A stretch of DNA of 64,000 nucleotides from NCBI GenBank assembly GCA_963700285.1, contig CAVOXA010000009.1:32001-96000 (forward strand), given 5' to 3'. The position numbers were made by a program, and so were the translations under genes. Below the pieces are notes generated by a model. The model was not told where the DNA came from and made no database searches. It worked only from the letters and a program-made list of their open reading frames with translations. This document shows positions 31,486-42,418 of this stretch, one piece after another; within the stretch, counting starts at the first letter, position 1, and the number at the start of each line of letters is the position of its first letter. Source of the DNA: an uncultured Chloroflexia bacterium. Lineage in GTDB: Bacteria; Chloroflexota; Anaerolineae; JAAYZQ01.

Positions 31486-32740
31486 TTGAATTTCGAACAA
31501 TTTTCTTTTGACCCGCGCATCGACGCGGGCATCAAGGCGGCTGGGTACACCACGCCCACCCCGATTCAGCAGCAGGCGATCCCCGTCGTGCTGCAAGGGC
31601 GCGACGTTTTGGGCATAGCCCAGACCGGCACCGGCAAGACCGCGGCCTTTGTGCTGCCCATTCTGCAGCGGCTGACCCAAGGCCCCCGGCGCCGGGTGCG
31701 CGCCCTCATCGTGGCGCCCACGCGCGAACTGGCCGAACAGATCCACCAGGCGAGCGTCGATCTGGGCCGGAAAACGCAGGTGCGCAGCGTCACCGTCTAT
31801 GGCGGCGTCAGCAAGAATCGCCAGGTCGAGGCCCTGCGGCGCGGCGCCGAGATCGTCGTCGCCTGCCCGGGCCGCCTGCTCGATCTGGCCGGCGACCGCA
31901 GCATCGACCTGTCGCACGTCGAGGTGCTGGTCCTGGACGAAGCCGACCGCATGTGCGACATGGGCTTCCTGCCCGACATTCGCCGCATTCTGAAGCTCGT
32001 GCCGGCGCAGACGCCAGACGCTCTTTTTCTCGGCCACCATGCCCGAGGAGATCCGCGAGCTGGCCGACAGCATTCTCAAGGACCCGGTCACCGTGCAGAT
32101 CGGCGTGATCGCCCCGGCCAAGACCGTTTCCCACGCGCTCTATCCCGTGTCGCAGAACCTCAAGAAAGAGCTGCTGCTGGCCACGCTGGAGCAGACGGCT
32201 ACGGGCCGCGTGCTGATCTTTACCCGCACCAAGTACCGCGCCCGCAACCTGGCCCGCGACCTGGAAAAACGCAAGTATCGCGTCGCGGCGCTGCAGGGCA
32301 ACATGTCGCAGAACCAGCGCCAGCAGGCGATCGACGGCTTTCGGAACGGCAAGTACGACATTCTCGTCGCCACCGACATTGCGGCGCGCGGCATCGACGT
32401 TTCCGACATCTCGCACGTGATCAACTTTGACATGCCCGACACCGTGGATGCCTACACGCACCGCATCGGGCGCACCGGCCGCGCCCACAAGACCGGCGAG
32501 GCCTTTACCTTCATGGCCCAGGGCGACGAGCCGATGGTGCGCGAGATCGAGAAGGTGCTGGGGAAACGGATCGAACGGCGGCGATTGCCGGGGTTCAACT
32601 ATGGCAGTTCCGCACCGGAGAGCCAAGGGCGGGGGAAGAGTTCGAATCCGTCGCGCAATGCACAAAGCAACCACAAACACAAGCAGAGCCGTGGTGGTCA
32701 GGTGCATAGGGCGGCCGCCAGTGCTGGCAGTAGGATCTAG
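31486..32740 (+). CDS. DEAD-box RNA helicase (RhlE-like), frameshift near 32010
   Basis: PTPIQ, AQTGTGKT, PTRELA, DEAD, ATDIAARGID, HRIGRTGRA. Confidence 0.93.
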
Positions 32741-33081
32741 CACAGAGCAACACACTGGTGCTCTGCTATCATTGCTCGGAGCGCGCCGGAAATCCATGCG
32801 CCAAAGTAATGACATGAACGTCACGACCGTGGTTTCAGTGCCCTAGTGGACGAAGGCAGGACAAGTGGCATACTTGTCCTGCCGGAACCACGGTCCGGGT
32901 GGCAGCCGGGTATTGGTTTGCATCCCTTGGCTCAAGTCGGGTCTGTGACCGGGCAGGCTGAGCCCAACCCCCGCGATAGCGTCCTTTTTTGCCCTGAACC
33001 GGCTTGTTGGGTATAATACGCGGCAGTAGAACTGGACATGGGGGCTGGTATTCCTGTGTCTTGCTAGAATACTTGGCGCGA

Positions 33082-34323
33082 ATGGCGACAATGATCTCTC
33101 GATTGGGTCTGCTGCTCCTCACAATTGCCTTGCTAGGCGCTTTGCTTCTGCCGGGCCTTGAGCACCCCCCAGCGGCACAAGCCGAGGGCGAACGGCTGGT
33201 CCTCGCCTTCTACTACCCCTGGTTCGACGGCAACACCTGGAAGGGCGGCAAAGTTCCCGACCTGCCCCAGACCCTCTACAACTCGGACGATACCGGCGCC
33301 ATGGCCCGCCAGATCGAGCAGGCCCAGGGGGCTGGGATCGATGCCTTTGTCGTGAACTGGTGGGGCAAGGGCAACCGCACGGAAAAGAACCTCAAGGCCC
33401 TGCTGGATGTCGCCGGCCAGAAGGGCTTTCGCCTCACGGTCGATTTCGACATCAACTCTCCGTTCATGGGTGGGGTGAGCAGCTTTGCCGACAACCTGCG
33501 CCACCTGCACACCGTCCACGCGTCGCAGCCAGCCTATCTAAAGTACCAGGGCCGGCCGGTGGTCTTTTTCTACAACGTCTCCCGGCTGCCAGTCAGCACC
33601 TGGCAGAGCCTGCGGGACCAGGCCGATCCGGAGCGCAAGGCCATCTGGATCGCCGAGGGCACGGATCTGAAATACCAGTCGGTATTTGATGGGCACCACC
33701 TGTACAGCATCATCTGGCCCAACCGCATCCCGCCGGCCCAGATACTGCCCAAGTGGGGCGACCGGGTGCGTACCCACAACCGCCAGAATGGCACGGCCAA
33801 ACTTTGGGTGGCCACGGTCATGCCCGGCTACGACGACCGCAAGGTCCGGCCGGGGAACGGCTTTGCCCGTTCCCGGGATGGCGGCGAGTACTATAAACAA
33901 GCCTGGCAGGCGGCCATCGCCAGCAAGCCACAGTGGGTGGTCATCAATTCCTTCAACGAATGGCCGGAAGGGTCCTACATCGAGCCCAGCCAGGCTTTTG
34001 GGGGACTGTACATGGACCTGACGCGGGAATGGGCCGACCGCTACAAAGGAGCAGATTTCGGAGTGCAGGCTGCCGCACCCGCCCCACCACCCACCAGCAT
34101 ACCGCCAACACCCACGCCCGCGCCGCCTACCCCTACACCCCTGCCGCCAACACCCACATCGGTCCCCCCTGTCTATATCATCGAAGGCGAGTATCCCCTG
34201 GAAAGCCACGACCTGGGTCAGGGCTGCAGTTATCTCCTCTCAGGTGAGGATGGGCGCCCGGTGTGGCTCATTTTCTGCGCCGCCGGGCAGGGCGCGTCCC
34301 AGTCCGGTCCGGCAATCCGCTAG
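33082..34323 (+). CDS. Secreted GH99/GH71-like glycoside hydrolase with Pro/Thr linker
   Basis: AFYYPWF, GIDAFVVNWWG, VMPGYDDR, INSFNEWPEGS. Confidence 0.8.
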   Translation: MATMISRLGLLLLTIALLGALLLPGLEHPPAAQAEGERLVLAFYYPWFDGNTWKGGKVPDLPQTLYNSDDTGAMARQIEQAQGAGIDAFVVNWWGKGNRTEKNLKALLDVAGQKGFRLTVDFDINSPFMGGVSSFADNLRHLHTVHASQPAYLKYQGRPVVFFYNVSRLPVSTWQSLRDQADPERKAIWIAEGTDLKYQSVFDGHHLYSIIWPNRIPPAQILPKWGDRVRTHNRQNGTAKLWVATVMPGYDDRKVRPGNGFARSRDGGEYYKQAWQAAIASKPQWVVINSFNEWPEGSYIEPSQAFGGLYMDLTREWADRYKGADFGVQAAAPAPPPTSIPPTPTPAPPTPTPLPPTPTSVPPVYIIEGEYPLESHDLGQGCSYLLSGEDGRPVWLIFCAAGQGASQSGPAIR

Positions 34324-34488
34324 CAGTAGCTCCGCGTACCCGGAATTCTACAACGAAAAGAACCGCGTACCCCGCCCCGCGGGGCCTAGGCATGCGCCGT
34401 ATCGGACATTGACAAGAGGACATGGGCCATGTGGCCTGCCCGAACTACATTCCAGGATTTGCCGATACCTGCGCCAGGCTGGTACTTG

Positions 34489-34710
34489 TTGACAACTTTG
34501 ACCGGTGATTGAACTTGGCTGAACAGGCAGCTGCCCAAGCTCCCAGAAACACGTCATTCTGAGCCGGAGCGCAGCGGAGGCGAAGAATCTCCACCTACGA
34601 GAGCGAAACCACCTGAAAGAAGCGGAAGATATTCTTCGCTGCGCTCAGAACATGTCTTGAGCGTTGTCGGAGGATGACCCGCTCACGCTATTGCCTGATC
34701 AAGTTGTCAA
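34489..34710. repeat. CGTC-type REP doublet enclosed by outer inverted repeats (MITE-like)
   Basis: CGTCATTCTGAGC...GCGAAGAATCTC (34552-34591) and AGATATTCTTCGCTGCGCTCAGAA (from 34627); outer TTGACAACTTTGACC and GATCAAGTTGTCAA. Confidence 0.65.
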
Positions 34711-34758
34711 AGTCCATTGGCCCGGCGCAAACAAGTTCAGAACCAGAGCAGGTTGGGG

Positions 34759-35625
34759 TTATCCCATGGGGCGGCGAGCAGGCGCGTGAAGCGCGTCGTA
34801 CAAGGCATCCAGATCTGTGGGCGAGAGGTCCCGGTACGCTCCTGGCTGCAGGTCACCCAGCTCTAGCGGTCCGATGCTCACGCGGACGAGCCTGAGGGTC
34901 GGATGATCTACAGCGGCGGTCATGCGCCGTACTTGGCGCTTGCGCCCCTCGCTCAGCACCAGGCGCAACCAGGCCGTGGGTACCGTCTTCCGGTAGCGGA
35001 TAGGTTTGGCCCGAAGGGGTAACTCGGGATCCGCAGGCAGCAATGCCACCTGGGCCGGGGCTGTGCGCCGGCCCTTCACCATCACGCCACGGCGCAATTC
35101 AGCCAGAGCCGAGGCGTCGGGTACGCGTTCTACCTGGGCCAGGTAGGTCTTGGGATGCCGGTAGCTGGGATGGCCCAGACGATGAATAAGCCAGCCATCG
35201 TTGGTCAGCAGCAACAGTCCCTCACTGTCCCAATCGAGGCGGCCCGCAGCATAAATGCCCGACACATCCACATAATCGGACAGCGTCTGGCGCCCCTCTG
35301 GATCGGTAAAGGCACAAAGCACGCCGTATGGTTTGTTCAACAGCACGTAGCGACAGCTATGGGTCAGAGGCAGTGGTTTCCGGTCGAGCGTGATGCGATC
35401 GCGAAAAGGGTCGGCGCGATCCTCGGGGTCGGTGATCAGCCTGCCATTCACGGCGACACGCCCGCCCCGTACCATCCCAGAGCACCGGGACCGCGAAGCA
35501 ATTCCTGCCGCGGACAGTACGCGGGCAAGCTGCTGCCGGCCAGCCACCTGGCTCAGACAATCGCTGCTGCTGCCCTCAAGCCCCGTCATCTCCAAGCCAT
35601 CCCGCCGTTCATCCATGGGCTGCAA
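34759..35625 (-). CDS. rRNA pseudouridine synthase (RsuA/RluB/RluE family)
   Basis: S4 domain, LNKPYG, AGRLDWDSEGLLLLTNDG, EGRKRQVRRM. Confidence 0.93.
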   Translation of the reverse strand: MQPMDERRDGLEMTGLEGSSSDCLSQVAGRQQLARVLSAAGIASRSRCSGMVRGGRVAVNGRLITDPEDRADPFRDRITLDRKPLPLTHSCRYVLLNKPYGVLCAFTDPEGRQTLSDYVDVSGIYAAGRLDWDSEGLLLLTNDGWLIHRLGHPSYRHPKTYLAQVERVPDASALAELRRGVMVKGRRTAPAQVALLPADPELPLRAKPIRYRKTVPTAWLRLVLSEGRKRQVRRMTAAVDHPTLRLVRVSIGPLELGDLQPGAYRDLSPTDLDALYDALHAPARRPMG

Positions 35626-35915
35626 CTATAGCAGGATCCCAGGCGGTTGTCAACCTATTCTCCTTGGTGATTGCTCACCTCTAGCCCAGGCCTCGGAGGT
35701 GTCTTGCTGGAGCGGCTCAGGTTCGCCCCTCCAGGGATTCTGGGGACAAGGATCGCCTCGGAGTCGCTGAAAAGACCTCCGAGGCCTGGGGTTCCGGCAG
35801 CCGTCGTGCAAAGCTACCCACGGAGGCAGAGGACAAACAAGGGGTGATTTGCTCTGGCCAGCCCGCTGTGCTATACTGCTGCCATCTCAGGGGGAGGAGG
35901 CGACGAGAATAAGCC

Positions 35916-36461
35916 ATGTCCGAGGAGCTAGTGGGCAGAATCCTGGTGGACAAAGAGACGCTGCAGGGCCGGGTCAGGGAGCTTGGGCGGACCATCTCCA
36001 CTGACTATCAAGGAAAGGACTTGGTACTAATCTGCGTCCTGAAGGGCGGCGTTTCTTTCCTGGTCGACTTGATGCGCCAGATCACCATTCCACACGAGAT
36101 CGATTTTCTGGCTATTTCCAGTTATGGGGTGGGAAAAAGGGAAAGCACAGGCGTTGTACGCATCCTCATGGATCTGGCCGCCAGTATTGAGGGCCGGGAC
36201 GTGCTCATTGTCGAGGATATTGTCGACAGCGGCCGGACTATGACCTACTTGCTGCGTACCCTATGGGCAAGGAATCCGGCCAGCCTGCGCGTTTGCACCA
36301 TCCTGAACAAGCCCAGCCGCCGCGTGGTAGAGATACCCCTTGATTATGTCGGCTTTGACATCCCGGATGAGTTTGTGCTGGGCTACGGCCTGGATCTGGA
36401 TGAGAAGTATCGCAACCTACCTTACGTAGCCGTGCTCAAGGGGGAACCACCTGCAGAATAG
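35916..36461 (+). CDS. hpt: Hypoxanthine phosphoribosyltransferase
   Basis: VLKGG, VLIVEDIVDSGRT, FVLGYGLD...YRNLPY. Confidence 0.95.
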   Translation: MSEELVGRILVDKETLQGRVRELGRTISTDYQGKDLVLICVLKGGVSFLVDLMRQITIPHEIDFLAISSYGVGKRESTGVVRILMDLAASIEGRDVLIVEDIVDSGRTMTYLLRTLWARNPASLRVCTILNKPSRRVVEIPLDYVGFDIPDEFVLGYGLDLDEKYRNLPYVAVLKGEPPAE

Positions 36462-36559
36462 GTAGTGTTGTCGCGATAGCTGCTCAGCAGATCGCAGACA
36501 ACAACCCTGCCACCAGCGTAAAGAAAATATCGACGCGGTCCGGCGCTAGGGGGCTAACC

Positions 36560-37008
36560 ATGTACACCCTCGACGCCAGCGTCCACATCAGCGCCCTGAA
36601 CCCCCACGAGCCCCAGTCAATCGCCGGCCAGGCGCTGCTGCGGCTGTTTCACGAGCGCGCGAGCCCGCTCTATTGCCCGACGCTGCTGCCGGGGCTGCTG
36701 CCGTCTCGCTGAGATTCGATGATGCCGGCAAAGCACTGGCGCTGGCAGCCCTGGTACGCGACTGGCCCAACCAGACCCTGGTACCGCCGGACGGCGCTGT
36801 GGCGGAACGCTCCGCAGGGTTGGTGACGCGATGGCGGCTGCGCGGGGCGGACGCGGTGTATGCCGTCGTGGCCCAGCAGGTTGGCACCACCCTGATCGCG
36901 CTCGACCGCCGGCAAGTGGAGCGCCTGCCGCCTGAGGTGAGAACCGCCCGGCCAGCGGAGGGACTGGCCCAAGACCTGACAGGTTTGCCCCAGGGGGGCA
37001 GCATCTAG
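36560..37008 (+). CDS. PIN-domain (VapC-like) toxin, frameshifted or degenerate
   Basis: MYTLDASV N-terminus; LRGADAVYAVVA...LIALD. Confidence 0.7.
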
Positions 37009-37225
37009 CATTTGTGGCATCCTGGGGTGGCACAGATCGCGCCACGATGGCCAAAAAACCTGTCAGGTCTGCTCATATACCCCATGGGCGCGATCGGGTC
37101 AACCAACTCGCCGGCATGCCCATTTCACATCCTGCACCAATCATGGTACAATGGTCCCGTCCACAATAGATGACAAGCCCTTCGCAGCACCGGCACTCAT
37201 GTCGATTGGAGCATTGGGGAATTCC

Positions 37226-39393
37226 ATGGAACAAGCCGACCTGAACTGGATCGCCAACTTTATCTGGGGCATCGCCGACGACGTGCTGCGCGACCTCTAT
37301 GTCCGGGGCAAGTACCGCGATGTCATCCTGCCCATGACCGTGCTGCGCCGCCTCGACGCCGTGCTTGAGCCCAGGAAGAACGCCGTGCTCGATACCAAAA
37401 CCTGGCTCGACCGGACAGGCATCACCAACCAGGACGGCGCTCTGCGCCAGGCCGCCGAACAGGCATTCTACAATACCTCCAAGTTCACGCTGCGCGACCT
37501 GCGGGCCCGGGCCAGCCAGCAGCAGCTCCGGGCCGACTTTGAGGCCTACCTCGACGGTTTTTCGCCCAACGTGCAGGAGATCCTGGAGAATTTCGAGTTC
37601 CGCAACCAGATCCCCCGCCTGTCCAGGGCCGACGCCCTGGGCACCTTGATCGAAAAGCTCCTGGACCCGGCCATCAACCTCGGCCCCGAGCCGGTGCTGA
37701 ACGGCGACGGCTCGGTCAAGCTGCCGGGCCTGGACAACCACGCCATGGGCACCATCTTTGAGGAGCTGGTTCGCCGCTTCAACGAGGAGAACAACGAGGA
37801 GGCTGGCGAGCACTGGACGCCGCGGGACGCCGTGCGGCTGATGGCCAGGCTCATCTTCCTGCCCGTCGCCGGCCAGATCGAATCGGGCACCTACCTGCTG
37901 TACGATGGCGCCTGCGGCACGGGCGGCATGCTGACCGTGGCCGAGGAGACGCTGCTGCAGCTGGCCCAGGAGCACGGCAAGCAGGTTTCCACCCACCTCT
38001 TTGGCCAGGAGATCAACGCCGAGACCTATGCCATCTGCAAGGCCGACCTGCTGCTCAAGGGCGAGGGCGAGGCGGCCGACAACATCGTGGGCGGGCCGGA
38101 ATACTCGACTCTGTCCAACGACGCCTTCCCGGCCCGCGAGTTCGACTTTATGCTCTCCAACCCGCCCTACGGCAAGAGCTGGAAGAGCGACCTGGAGCGC
38201 ATGGGCGGCAAGAGCGGCATGGTGGACGCCCGTTTCGTCATCAACCACGCCGGCGACGCGGAATACTCGCTGGTCACGCGTTCCAGCGACGGGCAGTTGC
38301 TCTTCCTGGTCAACATGCTGAGCAAGATGAAGCAGGACACCGAGCAGGGCAGCCGCATCGCCGAGGTACACAACGGCTCGTCGCTCTTCACCGGCGACGC
38401 CGGCCAGGGCGAGAGCAACATCCGGCGCTGGATCCTCGAGAACGACTGGCTGGAGGCCATCGTCGCCCTGCCGCTGAACATGTTCTACAACACCGGCATC
38501 GCCACCTACATCTGGGTGCTCACCAACCGCAAGCCGGCCCACCGCCGGGGCAAGGTGCAGCTCATCGACGCCACGGGCTGGTACCAGCCGCTGCGCAAGA
38601 ACCTGGGCCAGAAGAACTGCGAGCTGTCGGAGGCGGACATCGAGCACATCTGCGAGACCTTCCTGGCCTTCGAGGAGGGCGAGCAGTCCAAGATCCTGCC
38701 CAACGGCGCCTTTGGCTACTGGAAGGTGACGGTCGAGCGCCCACTGCGCCTGCGGGTGGACCTGTCGGAGGAGAAGCGGGCCGCCTTTCGCCAGGCCTGC
38801 GCCGAGGCCAAGGAGGAGGAACTGGCCGATCTGATCGACCGCGCGGCCGCGCACCTGGGTCCGGGACCGCACGACGACTACAACCTGTTTCTCCAGCAGT
38901 TGGACCACGAGGCTCTGTGGCCTGTGGTCAAGCTCACCGCCAAGCGCCAGAGGCTCCTGCAGCGGGATCTGGCCGAGCGCCACGACGACGCGGCGCCCGT
39001 CGTCAAGAAGGTGTACAGAGCCGGGCAAGGGCGGCAGCCAGGCCGCCATCCAGGCCGACCCGCTGCGCGGCCGCTACACCGCCCAGGTGGGGGCAAGATC
39101 CCAGCGTGGTGGAGTACGAGCCAGACAGCGATCTGCGCGACACCGAGCAGGTACCGCTGCTGGAGCCGGGCGGCATCGAGGCCTTTATCCGGCGCGAGGT
39201 GCTGCCCCACGTGCCCGACGCCTGGATCGACGAGGAGGGGGCCAAGATCGGCTACGAGATCTCGTTCACGCGCTACTTCTACCAACCGCCGCCGATGCGC
39301 AGCCTGGAGGAGATCCGCGCCGATATCCTGGCGCTGGAGCAGGAGACGGACGGGCTGCTGGCGTCCATTCTCGACCTGGAGGGGCCGGCCTGA
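37226..39393 (+). CDS. hsdM: Type I RM system methyltransferase subunit, frameshift near 39090
   Basis: ANFIWGIADDVLR, GEHWTPRD, YDGACGTGGML, SNPPY, YEPDSDLRDTEQVPL, IGYEISFTRYFY. Confidence 0.93.
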
Positions 39394-39719
39394 TGACAGA
39401 GATGCTGTTCATCAGCAGCGTTCAGCTTCCCGAGCCACGTTTTGAGTAGCGGGGCGATCACTTTGTCGTCACCCTCTGGCGTCACTGGCTGGCCGAGGCC
39501 GAGATGGACAGCCTGGGGCTGGCTCCCCGGCAGCGTGAGGCGGTGGCCCTGGTCCTGCGCTTCGGTCGGGTCACGAACCGAGCCTACCGCGAGGCGACCG
39601 GGTTGACCAGACAGACAGGGCTACGCGATCTGCAGGACCTGGTCAACAAGGGGGTGCTGGAGATGGCGGGCGCTGGGCGCGGCGCTTGCTATGTACTGAA
39701 GAGGAAAACGCGACATTAA
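39393..39719 (+). pseudogene. Internally deleted DUF4062/RecG-C-like wHTH gene remnant
   Basis: N-terminal MLFISSVQ joined directly to C-terminal LPEPRFE*..FVVTLWR...TNRAYREATG..RQTGLRDLQDLVNKG wHTH. Confidence 0.6.
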
Positions 39720-39807
39720 TGCGACATATGCGACAGTGGCGATCCCAGCGGGAAAATGCAACATGAACGCGACAAACGCGACACGCCGCGACACGGGGTG
39801 GAAACTG

Positions 39808-39915
39808 ATGGCCCACTACCTCGACCAGCCACCGCCGATGCGCAGCCTGGAGGAGATCCGCGCTGATATCCTGGCCCTGGAGAAAGAGACGGATGGATTG
39901 TTGGAGTACATTCTG
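39808..39915 (+). repeat. Diverged duplicate of the hsdM 3' end
   Basis: Encodes QPPPMRSLEEIRADILALEKETDGLL versus hsdM QPPPMRSLEEIRADILALEQETDGLL (~39281-39362). Confidence 0.85.
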
Positions 39916-39972
39916 GTGGATATCAAATTTGCCCCTCCAGGGCAGCCTACGATTCACAGGGAGTGACCAAGG

Positions 39973-40100
39973 ATGTCTAATTTTGACTCGACCAAGATGG
40001 GCCTGGGCGAGATTCTTGTCGAAATCATCAAAGGCAAAATTCAGTTACCCGATTTCCAACGCGGTTGGATTTGGGACGATGAACACATTCGTTCTTTGAG
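39973..40100 (+). pseudogene. DUF262 (GmrSD-like) N-terminal fragment
   Basis: GKIQLPDFQRGWIWDDEHIRSL, then homology stops at a repeat element. Confidence 0.7.
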
Positions 40101-40124
40101 GCTGAGTGGCACATATACCCAACA

Positions 40125-40648
40125 CGTCAGTTCCCGCGAAAGCGGTGATGCGAGAATCCAGACAGGTCTGGAATGGAGAACATACAACCACCCAACACGT
40201 CATCCCCGAACGACTGATTCTCGGGAACAGCGGAACGCGCAATCCAGGCACACCTAAGGAACCGGTGAAGAAGAAACAACCTGCCGTCTACATCTTGGCC
40301 AGCAAACGCAATGGCACACTCTACATCGGCGTTACCAGCGACTTGGTGAAGCGCGTTTGGCAACACAAGAATGACGTGCACGAGGGCTTTACGAAGAAAT
40401 ACGGCATCCATACCCTGGTCTACTACGAAATACACACAGACATGACCGAGGCCATTGTCCGCGAGAAACGGCTGAAGAAATGGAACCGCGCATGGAAGAT
40501 CGAGCTGATCGAAAAGGACAACCCCCAGTGGCACGATCTATGGCCGGAGCTTGGCGCTTGAGCGTGGTCGCGGGCTTGATGCGGACATCTGGCTGTGCAG
40601 GAAGATGTGTGAGAAACCGCCTGGATTCCCGCGTGCGCGGGAATGACG
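40125..40648. mobile_element. Putative GIY-YIG cassette bounded by CGTC-type palindromic repeats
   Basis: Left degenerate copies at 40125-40161 and 40198-40247; right inverted canonical copy CTGGATTCCCGCGTGCGCGGGAATGACG at 40621-40648. Confidence 0.6.
40265..40561 (+). CDS. Stand-alone GIY-YIG nuclease (UPF0213-like)
   Basis: VYILASKRNGTLYIGVTSDLVKRVWQHK, FTKKY, LVYYE, AIVREKRLKKWNRAWK; AAGGA RBS and GTG start. Confidence 0.92.
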   Translation: MKKKQPAVYILASKRNGTLYIGVTSDLVKRVWQHKNDVHEGFTKKYGIHTLVYYEIHTDMTEAIVREKRLKKWNRAWKIELIEKDNPQWHDLWPELGA

Positions 40649-40661
40649 GGGATAGCATAGC

Positions 40662-42418
40662 ATGATCCATCAGATGAAGCCATACCCCGCCTACCAGGAC
40701 TCCGGCGTGCCATGGCTGGATGAGGTGCCGGAGCACTGGGAGGTAGCGCAACTTGGCCGAATTGGCACCCTCTCAAAGGGTAGAGGCGGTACCAAAGAGG
40801 ACGAGGCGATTGAGGGTATGCCGTGTGTGAGATATGGGGATCTCTACAGCACGCCATCAGTACTTCATCAAGAAAGCAAAGGCCTGTGTGTCGATCGATC
40901 GAGCCGCTGACTATGCGCCTATTGAATATGGCGATGTGCTGTTTGCTGGCTCAGGTGAGACTATTCAGGGGATCGGAAAATCTGCGGTAACCTCCTATCC
41001 GAGCCTGCTTGCCTAACGCTCAGAGCCTACCCTGCCTACCAAGACTCCGGCGTACACTGGCTGAAGTGGGTACCCAACGGCTGGAGGACCCTTCGTGGCA
41101 AGAATGTCTTTGCGGTGGTGATGTGCAGGCCCACGACGGGCGACGCAGAGATTCTGACTGGCTCTTCCGCAGACGGAGCTGTCCGCGTAGTCAAAAGAAA
41201 GTCACCATGTTCAAGGCTGAGTCCTATGTTGGGCACAAGCTGTGCTGGCCTGGTGATCTAGGAATCAACAGTCTTTGGGCATGGATGCTGGGACTCGGCT
41301 TTTCCGAACATCATGGTCTCGTGAGTTCTGCTTACGGCGTTTACAGACCGAAATCTCCGTTCAGGTCGCAGTGGCGGTTCTTTGAGCATCTGCTGCGGTC
41401 TGCTGCCTACAAATGGGAATTGCAGACGAGATCCAAGGGCGTATGGCTCTCCCGGCTGCAGCTGTCAGATTCCGCTTTCTGGATCGCACATCGCGACCCT
41501 CCCTGAACAAGCCGCCATCGCCCGCTTCCTCGACTACATCGACCGGCGCATCCGGCGCTACATCCGCGCCAAGCGGAAGCTGATCGCGCTGCTGGAGGAG
41601 CAGAAGCAGGCCATCATCCAGCGCGCCGTGACCCGCGGCCTCGACCCCAACGTGCGCCTCAAGCCCTCGGGCGTGGAGTGGCTGGGGGAGATACCTGAGC
41701 ATTGGGAAATGCGAAAGCTCGAAACCTTGGGAAGTTCTATAGGGCGTGGGATTGCCAAAGCAGAATCACGGAGACGGGAGTTCCCGCGATTCCTTACGGT
41801 GATATCTACGACCCGGTATGGCGTTGAGACGGCACAGTGAGTAGGTGTACTTCACCTGGGGTTGCTGCAAATGCGCAGAGGATTCGACGGGAGACCTGCT
41901 CTTCACCGCGTCTGGTGAAACGCTCAACGACATCGGCAATGGCAACATTGTACGCAGATCGACGTCCATGTATGCATGGAGACATCAATATCCTGCGATT
42001 GGGCGAAGGCGAAGCGGCTATACGTGAGTTCATGTGCTGACTCTGGTTATTGGCAGTCCAGCAGAAGTCCGCTTTCGGTCGCGGCGACATCATTGTGCAC
42101 AATCTGCATCGAAGCTGAACGATCAGGATTGTCGTCCCGCTTCCGACCGCAAGAGGAACAGGCTGCAATCTGCGCAGTTCCAGGCATTGACCAAGCTATC
42201 GATCACGCCATTCGAACGTGCCCAACCGAGAAATCGACCTCATCCGCGAATACCGCACCCGCCTCATCGCCGACGTGGTGACGGGCAAGCTCGACGTGCG
42301 CCAGGCGGCGGCCAGCCTGCCCTACGAGGCCGAAGAACTGGAGGGCTGGGACGATCTCGAGGCGGAGGGGGAAAGCGACGAGCACCTGTGTGAGAAGGTA
42401 GAGGGAGAGGACCTGTGA
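40662..42418 (+). pseudogene. hsdS: Type I RM specificity subunit, fragmented/mosaic (three TRD pieces)
   Basis: YPAYQDSGVxWL occurs twice (from 40662 and ~41020); EQAAIARFLDY...LLEEQKQA..TRGLDPN.RLKPSGVEWLGEIPEHW; REYRTRLIADVVTGKLDVR. Confidence 0.8.

Noticed and set aside
37073-39049. 658-aa minus-strand ORF (and similar long antisense ORFs, e.g. 44708-46183)
   Set aside because: Shadow ORFs opposite high-GC3 genes (hsdM, hsdR) with no recognisable motifs.
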